In this document: one piece after another, positions 26,434-40,794 of the stretch
Numbering within the stretch: the stretch's first letter is position 1
How the letters are laid out: every line of letters begins with the position of its first letter
DNA from: Gnetum montanum
Lineage: Eukaryota; Plantae; Gnetophyta
DNA length: 64,000 bases
NCBI GenBank assembly: GCA_015680685.1
Contig: MNCI01002737.1
Span: 66,078-130,077 of the forward strand
Direction of reading: 5' to 3'
Made by a program: the position numbers and the translations under genes
Notes under the pieces: generated by a model
The model's database searches: none
The model's input: only the letters and a program-made list of their open reading frames with translations
What the model was told of the DNA's origin: nothing

Positions 26434-28647
26434 AACCAATGTGCACCTGAGGTTAACATACAAAGGTGGCATATGTAGCAACCACACAACAAGAAAACAC
26501 CTAGTGGTTGATAGCTAATCAAGAGAGCAACTCACCAATATGCATGGAACTAACTAGGGGACCAACTTGCAACCACATTGAAAGCATAGATATACTAGAG
26601 CGAGAGCGTTGCCAACTTCTAACCCTTAACCTGAAAACATTAATTGGGAGAAGTTGGACACTTCTAAAAAATTCAAACAAGTGCTCATTATTTCAGATCT
26701 CTCCCTTTCAATTCATTCATGGGGGAGATGGCCACATATGCTAATCATTTGAGGCACTCAGTGTTTTTTAAGTTTTTTTTTACACTTTTTTTTACAAATT
26801 TCTTTAACTTTTCTTGTTTTTTTTTTTGTTTTACAACATCATTTATACTCTTTCATTTCTTTGTGTGTTTGTTTATTTTGTTTGATTCATGACCTAATAA
26901 GTGCTCCTGATGATGGTATGAACTGTATTCTATTGATTGCTAATGTTTGGTTTTTATCTTTCAGTTATGATGTTGACACTAAGGTATGGTTCTTTTGATA
27001 TAATAGGCAATGAGTTCATGTCATCCATGCATCCATGAATTTCTAAGGTCTCTCTTGGCTTGGAACTGTATATTCCCCTTTCTCAATAATAAGAACTATA
27101 AACAAATCGATGACTGGGCATTTCTCAAACTAAGGAAGGACTCAAGGACAGAAAAGGGTGTGACTCCAAGGGGATTTGATGCACTTGTGCTGGCCATTCT
27201 CTTGGGTGCTTGGATGTTTTCTTCTTGAGTTTTCTTTACCATTCTGATGTCACTCCATTATTGGGAAGCTGAGCTAATAAAAATAATAAGTCTTTGCATG
27301 GTGTGGTTCTCACACAAAACATTCAAAAAAAATAAAAGAAAAAAAAACACATACACATAGTGGGAATTCAAAGCACATCCCTTAGATGAAATAATCATTT
27401 GGGCTACAAGCATTGGTTATGGAACTAAATAAAAATGTTCCCTCTAACTAAGGCCCTTCTAGCTTCCTACTTTCTCCTTATTCATTTCTTCGAAATGGTG
27501 GTGGCTCTTTGATGGAGGCATTCTTGTTACTTCAAGTGGATGGATGGGCCAAATGTATTAATGTGAAGTTACTGGATGTGGATTATTTGAGGCCGAATTT
27601 AGAATGGGATCTACTAAGTCACATTAACCATTAACACACAAGCGGCTGTACACCACCTTGTTCTGGAGACTCCATTCCATTCTCTTCTTGCCATCCTTCT
27701 TTCTCCATTTTCACCTCATTGCCGATTATATCAGTAGTCCATATTTTGGTTGATGCATTGTTTTCTTTTTGGTAAACTCTTGTGGTTAAGACTTTAACTC
27801 TTGTCTCCAAATGACATTCCTAGAGCCTATAGACTCTTTGAACGTGGGATTGTCAAGGCATTAAGGGCATGAGCTTGCTTTGGGGAGGACCACTGGCCTT
27901 CCTATTTGGTGCATCCATTAATTTCTTTCCCTTAAACATTTCCGTAATCACCATTTATTTTGTTCATCCCCATCTTTAACATCCATTTTTTCAGCGTTGT
28001 CATTGTTTCTTTTTCTCCATCTTTTCTTATTCCTTATCTTTTTCTGTTCTATCGCTACCAGAGGTTCGCTCTCAGTCATGGGGGTCCTAGTCCAATTTTT
28101 TCAATTTTCTCGTAACCCCTACACCTTGGGTAGTCACCAGCATTATATCTCCATATCTATATTAGCCATATCACAACTCAGCCAATGGACCTTACACTGA
28201 GGCAAGGTACTAACTACATTGTGATTCATTTACCCTTGCTAATATCAGACTGTGTTGTGTGTGCATATGACAATCATACAAAAATAGAATGGACCTGGAG
28301 GAAACACTTGGAATGGATTGGTACTGAAGCAGTCATGTAAGGAATGATATTGATGACACGCTTATGGATGAACAATGAAAAGCGCAATCTTGGCATCGGC
28401 AACAATAGACTTCTTCTTTTCTCTCTCTCTTCTCTCTTCTCTCTTAACTACCAAATAAGGCTAGATGTCAAATGTGTATAGTGTTCACTCTTCTTATCAT
28501 GAACACTAAACTTTATCATGTATTGTAATGATGGTCTGTTTACATGTCACCCCATCTACCATTAGTGTCATTCAAGTCAATAATCCCATACATTCCCAAT
28601 ATTTTGTAAGGAACTCGAGGACGAGTTTTCATTTAGTCATGGGGGTA

Positions 28648-29464
28648 TGATGGGATGCGATATCGCATGGGCCGCGATATTGTGCTGGCGATATCACGTC
28701 GACCCCTGCAATATCACATACACGATATCGCAGCCCATCGCTAGTTCTATAAATAAGAGGCAACTCTCCCTTGTTTGACCATCTAGATCTAGACCCTTAG
28801 CTAAACTCTGGCAGTTTTACCATTCCAGAGATAGAATAATTTCCATGTGCCCACAGTAGGAGTCTCAAAGTGAATGGATCTTTATTCGAGCAAATTGTAC
28901 CTGAGCACACATTTGTGTACGAAAATAAAGATGAACTTTCTGATAAACCTTGTAGCATGTGGACTAAGCTAAATAGGAATTAATTAATGTTAAATGCTTA
29001 ATTTCTTTCTTAGATAATTAATCTCTCTCAACCCTCAACTCTCCTAGTTAAGTGCATTCAGTATGACCGCTTTGAGCACATGTGTAGCTCTTGGTAACCC
29101 AGTAACGAGTAGAGTTTGGTAATCCCAGTAGCATTGCACTAGTTTAGGGTGTGTACGGTAAGTGGGAACGGATACTGATGCTAGGAAAATTAGAACTTAG
29201 TTAATTAAAGTTAGTTATTTAGTCTCTTCACCCTTCTCTCTCAGCATAAGGCATTAAAAAGATAAAAGATATAAAAATCACATACCTCGGACTTACTTAA
29301 CCATACAACCATGATAATACAAGTAAGTCTGGGAAGACAACAATTGATTAACCTTAAGTGTTCCATTAGGGTGCATAAGCACTTAGTCCTTGGAGTTCAA
29401 CCAGATCGCAAGTGAAACGCTCATATTCGTATGGTTGAGTGTAGGGGTACCTCGCCACTCATCA
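28648..29464 (+). repeat. 3' LTR (817 bp)
   Basis: Follows the PPT and ends CATCA plus the TSD. Confidence 0.93.
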
Positions 29465-32400
29465 ACACTATAGACATTCACTCTCTATTGCTAAGTCTAA
29501 GTCTAAGAAATCAAAGTGCAAGTGTTATGTTACTAGTGGAATGAAAAGTTGTTGGATCATGTGTTCAAGTATCGTATTTATAGGGGTGAAAACATCTTGA
29601 GACATCATATCAACGATGATGTAGCATGAGAAGTAACATTGTATTAATGAAATCATTAATATGACATCGTTACTATGATGTCATAATACAACAAAATTTG
29701 GATTTATCATACTCCCACAATTGACTGGAAACTCATCCTCGAGTTAAATCAAAATGAGGATGAAGTCCCTTACAAAATTGGGAGGTAGATTTGACTATAC
29801 ATAACTGATAGACTATTTACATGATTCTAAATGTCATGTTTTTACAAAATTTAACACAAGTGTATGATAAAACAAAATAAAAATTAAATGAGTTCACAAT
29901 GTAGTTTATGTGCTTGGTGGTGGTGGCTCTCTCATTGGTTGCTTTCCTTTATCATTAGGCTTCTTGAATTGATATTTTTTGAGTAATCCTTAAAGTTTTT
30001 CCTCTTCCATCCTAGGATTATGTACCATCCATGCTTGTTAGTGATGTGTGATAGAGTTGGTACATCCCACAAGCATGGTAGTTGTGGGAACATGTGATTT
30101 TCCTTTACATACTAGGTTGTAAACTATCATCGTTCTTCTTCAAATGCCTTGGTTGTTTTCCTCAGTTCTTGATAATCAAACATTCTATGAGCCAAGTTAG
30201 CTACTACATCCTTCTGGCCCTAGTAGCTAGCTTTTACTACTTCAAGCTTAGAATTTTCCACATGTAGTTTTTGCAAAGCATCTTTTCTATCAATAAATGA
30301 TTTCTCATATAAGGCATACATTGCTACTACCTATTACTCCAATTTGTTCTTGGCCCTATTGACTATTAACATGGCCAAGTTAGTGTAGTGGAGATTTTCT
30401 AACCCCATGTATTCTATGAGGTCTTTGATTAGTAGATCTTTATTTTTGATTTTTTCTTGGTGGACATGGGCTAGACTATCCAAGACTGGCTACTAGTCTA
30501 GATTCTACACAAAAATGGAACTAATCTTGGCTTTGGCCATATGAATTTCTTTCTCATTAATTTGCTTGTGCATGCCCACCTAATTTTGGAATCTTTAAGC
30601 TATTCATGCTTCTCAACCTCATTTTACCACACACAAATCTCAATATTTTTGTATGATTGTGTGGACTTACTTCATTGATAAGGTTTTGTTCTCATGGGCC
30701 AAGAAACTCATATCCCGGTGGACTCAAACTAATTATTTTCAAAGTTGTTGGATGCTTTCTTCAAGAATGTTCTTTTGTCACTCATTGTTAGTTAACCAAG
30801 CATTTTCTACAACTAACTGTTTATTTTCCTCCTATAGAGTGGCAAGTGTTTTGGCATGTGCATACGTTTGTGCTTCTACCATTGATGCATCACATATTGC
30901 CTTCTCCTTCTCTCATTCCATCTTTAGATTATGGTTAATGAGGAGATTCACATGGTATGTTCAAAATTTGTCAAGTTGATTAGATGAAATAAACTACATT
31001 TGATCTCTTTTCTCTGCTCTTAAGGTCATGAGCTCTTCTTGTAGTCTATGTACTTCATTTTTAGCATGCTCTACCTTAGTCTCAGTCGTGACCAACTTTC
31101 CTTTGTGGCTATTAATTCAAATTTGATTACTATGATATCACTGGGGATATCAATGAAATTTTTCATAACTTGCCCTATTTACAACATTCTATCTAATACA
31201 TTCTCATGTTCAGCCAGAGTCATTAAGGTTCCAGCTAGCATTTGAGTATCTCATGCTCCAAAGATATCAGCTGGTAGCATAATAAGAATGTTGAAGGACT
31301 CCTTGATGTGATTAGTAATTAGTTTAGCAACCTTCACTAAATTTGGATGCCACATGACCATCACTGTGGCTCCTTCTCTAGTTTCCAACATCATTTGGAA
31401 TGATGCAACGTTCCTTGATATTTATTGTGACTAAGCATTCCCTCCTCCTAATTGCAATGATATCTACTAACTAGCAGGGTCTTTTGAGATGGTGGTATGA
31501 TTGCATCTTTTATGACCTTATAGAGATTGGTCCCCTCTCTTATTCACCAGCTAATTATAACGACAATTTTCTGTAGATGGCTCATGGAAAGTTGATAATC
31601 TTGTGGTGGCAACGATGGAACTTGTTGCTATTCCCATTGTTGCTATTGTTGTTGATTAGTTGTTGGCTGACTACTAGGTCTTGCTTACTAATGTTGGCCA
31701 GTAACTTGAATGGTGTTAGTAGGAGTTAAGCCTGTAGCTCCCTCAGTACTTACCTATTTCTCCAACTGATCCTTCTTTAGAGGCATGGGTTTTAACATCT
31801 TAACATATGAGGTGTTTTGAGCTTTTCTCAAAACATTATTTATATAACCCTGCATGCCTACTTGATTGTACAACTTCCGGATCAACCAAGGGAATGGTAG
31901 TGTTGGCTTCCTTGCCTTCTTTTCTTCAAATCACCTTTTGATTTTGAGGAAGTATAGATGAGCAATATTGACATTGAATTTTCCCATCAATATGGTGCTT
32001 CCTCTAGCCACATAAGTGAATATCTTGTTAAGCCTTTTAGTTGGAAATAGATGATAGGTGCCAATCTTGAAATATATATTTTCCTTTGCAGTTAGCTCAC
32101 TAAAATCCTTATCCTCCTTGCCATAGGATTAGTCTAGCCACAATATCATTACATTGGTATAAGACTATATGGATATCTATATTACGTTAGCCCCTTCATT
32201 TGGTAAATTGAGGGCTTGGCTATTGCCTCCACTGAATATGACATAGAAACTCCTTCTATCCTTACTATGGCATTGACTTGCTTGTTTTGCCAAAATTGAA
32301 GGGTTTCCCTTAAGTAGCATTCTCCACTTATTTACAAGGTAAGCTACATGGAAGATGATTGGAGTTGTGTTTTGATGGCCTTTGGTGCAAACTCCATAAA

Positions 32401-35400
32401 AGGGCCAAAAGTGAGTTCCACAATGATTGTGGACATAATTGATTCTTCTTGGATGGCCTAGAGACATTCAAGTGATAGTGTCAGGAATTATCCTTATTCT
32501 AGTACTTATGGTGCTTCAACCACTGCTTGGGTAGAGTGTTTGGTAGTAGGCATCTGTTGGTAAATACTAAAAGACTAGGCTTCCTGCTCTGTGTGCCCTA
32601 TTGGTGGAGTTTGTTCTCTAGTGCAACCTCTTCCTTAACCTCTTAGTCTTTTGCTTCCCAGTTGTGAGGGTTCTCCTTTTGGTATCCTCTTTAAGGCCAT
32701 TTGCAATCAACAAGGGTTTGAAATTATTTAAATGTTCATATCATTTTTAGTAGTCTTTTACCTTGCTCATACCCTTGGTTAGATTAAGTTTTTATTGTAT
32801 TATGACTAAAAAGTTAGAAACATTTTCAAAAAGAAACATTTATATGTTACATCTTTAATTTTCATGACCTCCCACACTTATTATCTTTTTGGCTCATAAT
32901 ACCTTAGAATTAGTTGGAATGGTTTATTAGGAGAATTTATTGAACTATTTGCCTTGAATTTACTAAATTCATGATAACATCCTTTATGTTTTATCTTACT
33001 CATCCTTTAACTATCTTTTGGAGTTAGGAAATTTTTTCAAAAAATTTGGTTCAAATTTTTTTCGATTTCACCCCCACGACTAAGTTTAGTGCTTCATGAT
33101 CAAGAGGGTTTAAGAATTTTGGAAATCGGAGTTGTAGGGGCAAAGTTATGGCTTGTGGAAGTTAGCGTGTTAGAGCTCAAAAGAAGAAGAACAAAAATTT
33201 CTCTTATCTAAAATGGAAAGAATGAAAATATTTCTAACCTCCTATGCCTATATATAGTATCTTTGTAGTGCAACATCATTAATATGATATTGTATCAATG
33301 ATGTATGAGGGGCTCATACATCGCATCAATGACGTCACCTCAAAAAATTTCAATTATTGTGAGCATTCTCTAATGGAAAAATTAGTCAAATTAAATGATA
33401 GAAAGATAATAAGCATTCCCAAAGGCTCTTAGAATATCTATGATGCTTATGTTGCTAATATGAGGCATTGAAAATTCATAAAGAAGGAATTTCAGGCTAT
33501 GAAAGTTGATTAAGTATATATAAGATGGATGGATGAAAGCGTATAGGTTCATGAGTAGATTTTTGAAAGTAAGGGAAGTACTTATTAGATTTTTTGATGA
33601 TCTTAGAAGGCACAAGATGATGTGGAATTGCTTATGAAGTATGAAATACAAGAGTTAAGTAAGTGGTCCTTCCCAAAGCAGGCTTCAGCCCTTAGTGTCC
33701 ATGAATAAGCACACCTAAAAGTGTCCTTAGGAACTCAAGGAGTTAAATGTAAGACATACTTGTTAGCAAAACATACATATTAGTATTGCTAGATTAGGAA
33801 AATATCACTATATTACACAAAACCATAAGTTATGATTAGCTATACAGTGAGGTGAGATGGACTATAAAAGGGATTGTTGAAATCTGGACGTGAGGTGTCT
33901 TACCATAGGCACAATGAATTCCTAGTGTAATTGGTGATTAAAGTAACAATTAGCCATTCATTTTAAGATTCAAACTAGGTCTAAACCACTTCTAGTGACA
34001 TCGCATTATCTCATCTCTTAGGTGCACAACCATAAGACTACCACTATTAGAAAGAGTGTTACCACTTGGCATATTGTCCAATGAAGGAGTTTATTAATTG
34101 TACTTTTTATTTTTTTAAAGATTCCTGAGAAGCCACCTACCTTTAGGCATGGGTAACATGTCTTTCCAATGGAACCCCCAAAAATTTATTTTGTGCATGG
34201 ATTTTATTTTTGGCTATGTTAACCTTACTAGAGGACTACCATTAGGAATGGGCAATATGTCTTTCCATTGACATGGTAAGGCAACACTTATTGTACTCTT
34301 ACTCCCATTTTTTGTTAGATCTACAAGGGTATAATACATCCTTAAAAACAAGATAGAACTCATAGTAGTAATTCAAGAGGATCCACAAATTCCCTTCATG
34401 TCACACCCTTTGCATTCCCACTTGGTTCTTCACTCATTTGTTACTTGGCATAATGATCACAAGTTTATTCTTAGTTTTATTATGAGAAGAATGTCATTAT
34501 GGCCATGATAAGAACCTCTTATTGTTGGAATGTGTGGATGGATGTGGAGGTCTCACTGTATAGATAATCAGTCCCTTATGATTGATAATATAGAGAAATC
34601 TTCATCTTATTGGGACTACATCTTGCCTTATTTGGTGTGTTTTATTGAAAATTGTCAAAAAATATGTACAAGTAAAATAAAAACAAAATACAAAAAATTA
34701 GAAAAGATATAAAAAATTAGAAAGATAAAAAGAAAAAAAGATTATCAAAAAATTAGAAAATATCAAAGAATATTAAAGGATTAAGAAATGAAAAAAAAGT
34801 ATAAAAGAATGAGAAGATATCAAAGAATGTGAAAAAGTATTAAGAAAAGAAAATGGTATAACAAAAGTTATAAATCACAAAAATTAGAAAAGAAAAAAAA
34901 GTTAAAAAGAACTTATTAATTGCTAAGTTAGGATAAGGCATCTCCCCCACAATTGAACTCATGGGCAAGTATTTGAAAAATGGATCCTAGATCCCTTGGA
35001 TCATACACTCTTGGTTTTTCACTTATCATCTTTAGTGATTTACTGTTTCTGTTATCATCCTAGGCAATCTTGATGGTAATCAAATTTTGATCTTTTGAGG
35101 ATTTATACCTTGTGAACTAGATGATCTTTGCATCACAGAAGGTCCAACTATACTCTCTGGTTTATTCTTAAATTCAAATTAAGTCCTTAGTTTCCCAATC
35201 TACTTGTGTATGATTTTGGTTTATTCTTAAATTCAAATTTTAAGTCCTTAGCCCTAGTTTATTACTCATGTCTTAGGCTTATGTAATTGTGACTGGGATT
35301 ACGAAGTGAAATCATTACTAGGTGAATCAAGCGAAACCACTACTGGATTACCAAACAATTACACTTAAATGCTCGAAACCAGTTGTAACCATCCCACTTA

Positions 35401-36492
35401 ATTGATGAGCCTAAAAATTAAAATATTTTGAAATGTAAATGATTAAGCTAAGAAAACAGGAAAATTATGCTAAGTAAACAATAGAACAAAAGAACTTAAG
35501 GAATGTTGCAATGGCATAAAATAGTCTCGATCTTTATTGTCAATCATAAAGTGTGCCCAAGTACAATTTACTTGAATAAAGACTCTCATTAGCTACTTAC
35601 CAACACATTGTGGGCATTCACACTATCGCTAAACCTATGAAATGAAATTGCAAGAGTTTGGGTAAGGGTTGGCAAAAAATTATTCTTTCTTGTGCATCCA
35701 TGTGTCAGTATTTATATGGTTGCACAACTCTCGAGACACCATATCAACAAGGACATAGCATGAGCTATGATATTGTAAATGCAATATCATACTCACAAAA
35801 AATTTGGTTTTATCAATTATACTTTTAACAAAATCATTAAATAAGGTGTTTCTAGTTACCTTTCATTCATCAAGTAAAAATATCTTCTATACTCTTTCAA
35901 TGGCCTTTCAATTTATAGCATTAAGACCAATTCCCAAAGTGTGCATTCATATAACTCTAACATAAATGACTACTTTATTTTTTCTTAATTTGGAATTATC
36001 TTCAACAACGTGTTCTTTATTATATTTGGAAGCTTTGGTATGTAATTAAGTTTTGGTATTGAGAGCATAATTATGATATTTCTTAGGAGTTAAATATCAA
36101 ATTCTCAAAGATATTGTTTCTTAGTTATACCTTCAAGAAAAAAACCTTCTAATGAAAACTAACCAATTATTTTTTCTCTTGAACTATTAATTTTTTTTTG
36201 TTTTGAAGGCTTAAGGATGGAAATGTTTTAAATATCATTTCTATTTATTCATTTTTCGAATTCAAGTTTTCTTTTGTCTTTAGAGAGAGATTTTTTACTT
36301 CTTTTTATAAGAAACCCTTTAGTAAAACATGAAAACACATGAGGGTGGTTCTAAACAAAGGAGGACCTTATTCTTTTCCTTTCTAGAGAGGAGGGTTTTT
36401 AGAATTAGTTGGATCTTTATTTATTTCTCTGAATTAATGATGCTAGTTTGAGGAAGAGAGAAAAAGGTTAAAACCAAAATTATCTTCATTGT

Positions 36493-37811
36493 TTATGAGT
36501 GGTGAGTAGACCCTATGCCCAAACCATATAAATCACAAGTGTTACATACAATCTAATTGAATTCCAAGGACTTTTAGATTTTAATGTACATTAATCTAGG
36601 AGGTGAATCAACTATTGCAATCATTGTCTTCCCAGTTACACTTGTGAGTACAAGAGTATGATTAAGTAAAACTAAGACATATGATTTTTATCATTTTTAT
36701 ATTCTATATTTTAAATCACCTAAGAATAAAGAATGATAAATAAGATTATTAATTGCTAAATTAATCTAACTAGGTAACACTTAACTAATCGTAACATAAG
36801 CATCCGTTTCCACTTGTCGTACAAATCCTAAACATGCATAACACTATTGGGTTATCAAATGTTAAGCATTACTGGGATTACCAAGTGTCACACACATGCT
36901 TAAAGTGGTCATACTTATGTGATTTAATTAATCACTATTTAATTTAGCTTAATCTAGCTTAATTAATTACTTAAAATATTTAAAGAAAATTGCTTAAAAT
37001 ATCAAATGCTTAAAAGAAACAATTAATCTATTTCATAGTGCTACAAGGTTTATCAGAAAGCTTGTCTTTATTGTCACACATACTTTAGTGATTAGATACA
37101 ATAATTCTTGAATAAAGATCCATACACTCTTTGACTCCTACTGCTGACAATTAGAAAAATATTCTATCTCTTAAGTAGAAAAACTGTAAGTGCTTCGCTA
37201 CAACTATGAAATTTGATGCTATAAATGTGGTCAAAGGTACATATTTATAGGTAAAAAAGGATGCCCTGTCAATGGCTACATGTCAATGGGTTAAACCCTA
37301 CATTGACAGGATCACATCGATGAGATTTTGTTGATGGGATCGCATCAATGGCATCCCATCAATGCGGCCAAACCATGACACTTCATCATGTTCCCATGAC
37401 TAAATAAAACTCATCCTTGAGTTCTTTAAAAATTTTGGGAAGGTATGGGATTATTGAGACACAAAACAAACAATAAACACAACAAAAAATAAGTGCTCAA
37501 GTATATGGTTTTACATTGATTATAAAATTTCGGTGTTTAAGACAAAAAAATTAAACACCAAGACAAAACTAATAAACATAACTCCTCTAATGATGCAAAG
37601 ACTTTGGAGAAGATCAAACTGTCCCAGGCAGTGGAGACTCTTAAGGATTCGAAGAACCTTCTCCTACTTTAGGTGCATGTGGTGGTTGAGGTAGTTATGG
37701 TTGTTCTACAATAATTGTAACTTCTAGTATAACACTAAATATGTCCAATAGTGCCTTCATCTTCTCCTGCTTACTTTGGTGATCATTGATAGTCCATGTA
37801 GCCTTGCCAAT
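36493..37811 (-). mobile_element. Third Athila-type element: 3' LTR (~36493..37388) plus PPT and internal stub, cut by Ogre-like element B
   Basis: Reverse-complement homology to LTR 22609..23425 and to the pre-PPT sequence 28570-28647. Confidence 0.75.
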
Positions 37812-40794
37812 TATAATAACCTAAAACATTAGTGGTTAGAACACCAAGGTTCACGAGCACATAACCTAACCTTAAATCCATGTGAGGGCATACTAGACAC
37901 AGAGATAGGGCACCCTAAATGGTCTAGCCAATAGAACAAAGACTTATTGGATGTAACGAGGGTGCAGCATGGTTAGTTTTGGTGCTAATGTGGGATGGTG
38001 CTAAGGGTGCAAGTGATGTTTGTAGTGTCAATGGGATTGAGCGTAGTTATAGGTGCTCAAGGGTGTGAGCGTAGTTAAGGATTTTAATGAGGTAGACAAT
38101 GTTAATGTGCAAGGACCACTACCTGAGTGTAGTTTCAAGCGTGTTTATGTAGTAAAATGGCAAAAAATGCAAATAAAGTGTAGAGAATGCAAAGGAAGAG
38201 AGAAAATAAAGTATAACACCACCCTAAATGGGGTTGAGCGTAGTTAACATGAAAAAGGTGGTTAGAAGGTACAAGGTGTATAGTCGGTGTAGGTTAATAG
38301 CGTAGTCACAATCCTTGGGCAATCTAGCCATGAAGACTGGTGTTTTGCTAAGATGTCTATGTCTATTGGGTTGGTTGTAGCGGTGTACTATTGGATGTGG
38401 TGTTCTATTGGGTTGTGGCCAATGTATCCTTGATTTGCTAAATTTACCAACTACTCGTTGGATTTTTCTTTTTCTCTCTTTTCTTAAACATCGAAGACAT
38501 GGGTATTTATAGGTTTAGGGTTAGTGGGAAATGTGGGATGGTTGCCATGTGGTGGATGGGATGGATGCAACTACGCTTAGTGTAGTTACTGTTCATGTGG
38601 TGTGCTAATGTTGTTGATGGTGTTGCACTTTGCTATGCTCTACTAGACTCTACAGGATTGTGATTCCGTTTCCAACCACATGTGTGCACACCAAGAGGAC
38701 CACTAGGTACCTGAAAAATAAAACTCAGAGACTTCTCTTTAAGGAACTATGTTCTGCATTCTCTTGCTTGGGGTCGAGTGTAGTTACAATTTTGGCACAA
38801 AAGGGAGTATAAAAAAGAAGTATTTTGCTGACTATGCTTGTCAAAAGTGAGTTGATTGCATTTTGGAGTTGAGTTAAGCATCGTTGCTACACTATGGAGG
38901 CCTCTGGAGAATGTCCTTGTTGACTACACTCTTCTAAAAGGTGACTACACTTTGGTCTAGGGATGAGCATAGTCTCAATGCTAGTGGAATATGTGAGGGA
39001 AATGGTTTTCTTTTTCTTTTTCTTTTGTAGACTATGCTCTCCATAAGAGGCTGACTATGCTCTAAAAAAAATGCTTGGGGGAGAGTGTAGTCTCAACACC
39101 TTAGGAAAAATTTCCAAATTTTTCCCTCCAATTAACTATGCTTTGGGATACTACTGTCTTTATGCTCTACAGAGGGGTTGAACATAGTTTCCACACTTTG
39201 TCAAAATTTGCAATTGGGATGCCATAGTCTAGACTTGGTGGTGCTTCATTGACCCCTCTTTGTTGATGTTTGGAGAAGTGCCCCAAGAGACGTTGACAAA
39301 GAACAACAAAACACCATAGTATGTGATCGAATGTCACTACACCATGCTCAAGAGTGCTATGGATAGTGGTATGCTAGATGGTAGGTGAGAAGCAGCAGTA
39401 ACAGGTGTAGGTAATGTGTTATGAATAAAAGAAAAGATGAGGTGTAAATGGGATGTTGTGATGTGAGGACATCACGACTAATGGTGATCATGACACCAAA
39501 GTGGCTTGCCCTTGAAAACATTGACCTCATGTTAGAGTGCTTGTGAGAGAGTTAAGGTGTAGGTTCAAGGGTGGGCTAGCTACGAAACTACTTTATTGCT
39601 GGATTGCTTGGCAATGTGCCTTTTCCCTTTGCCCTTCTTTTTTTTGCGGGCTGAACCTTCTTTGGGCTCAACATGTTACTAAATGCTTGCTATGAAGTGC
39701 TTCCCATAAAATGAGTTTCATGTCACTAGATGGACTTTGAGTTGTGTGTCACTAGATGGGATTTACTTTATTATGGGTGAAACAACATCACATCTATATG
39801 ACAGGTGTTTCCTCCCCAAGATGACTTATGTTACATCTGCTTGGGCTTTGATTGGTTGATAGTGGCTTTCCATGGGATGACTTATGCTATGTCTGCCTTA
39901 GGTTCTGAAGCTTGACTTGAAGAGGGTGCCATGCAATCACAACATTTGAGCATCAAAAAGGTTTGAAATCTTTGCTTGCTATGTGGAGAATGAAAGGGAA
40001 TCAGGGTATAGGAGTAGATGTGAGTAGGCTATAATGGGGTAATAGGGATATGCAGTCTTAAGAGGTTTAGCTAGTCTGATCATGCACATTAGAGCAATGT
40101 AGTGACTTGCTACTGTAATGAGATGTACCTTTGCATGACCGCCTGGGGCTTTGTCTTGCAAACACAACTCTAAGAAGATAAGAAAACCACACAATACATA
40201 AATACAAATAGACTACAGATGATAAAATTTAGAAGGCCACATTAGCAACATAGGTTGTGTAGATTGCAAGTGCTTTATTCTAGAACTACAATGTGCTCAC
40301 TCACTCGATGTAGAAGGAGGGTTATAGTATGCTTGCTCACTTGCTTGTACAAGGATGGAAAAAGTTATTAACAACTAACCACAAACCTAGTTTAAGGTCT
40401 TGGTGGACCATGGATTTACTAGTTTATAGGCTAGTGGACTACTCTATGCTAGTTTAATTGTCATAGCAAATAGCTATGCCAGTTTAACATCTTAGTGGAT
40501 GCATTGTGCTAGTTTACCATCGTTGTGGCTAAGTTGTGTTTAAAGTCATAGGGGACTGCTAGTTTATAGTCATAGCAGACCTCTATGCCAGTTTAACATT
40601 GTAGCGGACGAGTGCTTACCTTACTTCATTGATGTGTGACGCTACATGCTAGATGTAGTACGACTTTAATTGTGAATAGTTTACTAGATTGGAAAGCTCA
40701 TTTCCATCCTGATCAGCAACCTTGAATGCTCCATTGTCATAGGCCTTAGTGACCAAGAAAGGCCCTTCCTAGTTGGTTGGGAATTTATCTGTGG
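37812..40794 (-). mobile_element. Ogre/Tat-like element B, 3' part: integrase tail, repeat array, 3' UTR, PPT and 3' LTR (37812..39248)
   Basis: Integrase end KFPTN*EGPFLVTKAYDNGAFKVADQDG at ~40660-40794. PPT aaagaggggtcaa|TGAAGCAC at 39248. The LTR end is homologous to the 40795 end of element A; TATAAATA at ~38505. Confidence 0.75.
40380..40610. repeat. Degenerate tandem array (ctagttta core) 3' of integrase B
   Basis: Repeated gctagttta...tagc units of ~30 bp. Confidence 0.8.

Larger units (their letters stand above)
22609..29464 (+). mobile_element. Athila-type Ty3 LTR element encoding only gag and protease (non-autonomous), TSD ACACT
   Basis: Two 817-bp LTRs (TGATG...CATCA); perfect TSD acact at 22604-22608 and 29465-29469. 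PBS tggtaccgttgccaagga is a deaminated form of the tRNA-Asp PBS TGGCGCCGTTGCCGGGGA. PPT catgggggta. Confidence 0.92.
22261..35815 (-). mobile_element. Old, internally deleted Athila-type Ty3 element, interrupted by the element at 22609..29464
   Basis: An LTR split as ~22261..22608 plus 29470..29709 is homologous to ~35262..35815. PPT context ctcgaggatgag...tgtgggagta|TGATA at 29710; internal PPT tgtgggggagat at ~34940. A conserved internal block at ~33650-33750 matches 27810-27900. No matching TSD. Confidence 0.6.

Noticed and set aside
35816-36492. AT-rich segment
   Set aside because: No recognisable coding, repeat or terminal structure.
37812-38500. Minus-strand ATG after the TATA box (MSSMFKKREKK…)
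   Set aside because: It lies in the R/U5 of LTR B, stops quickly and has no counterpart in LTR A.
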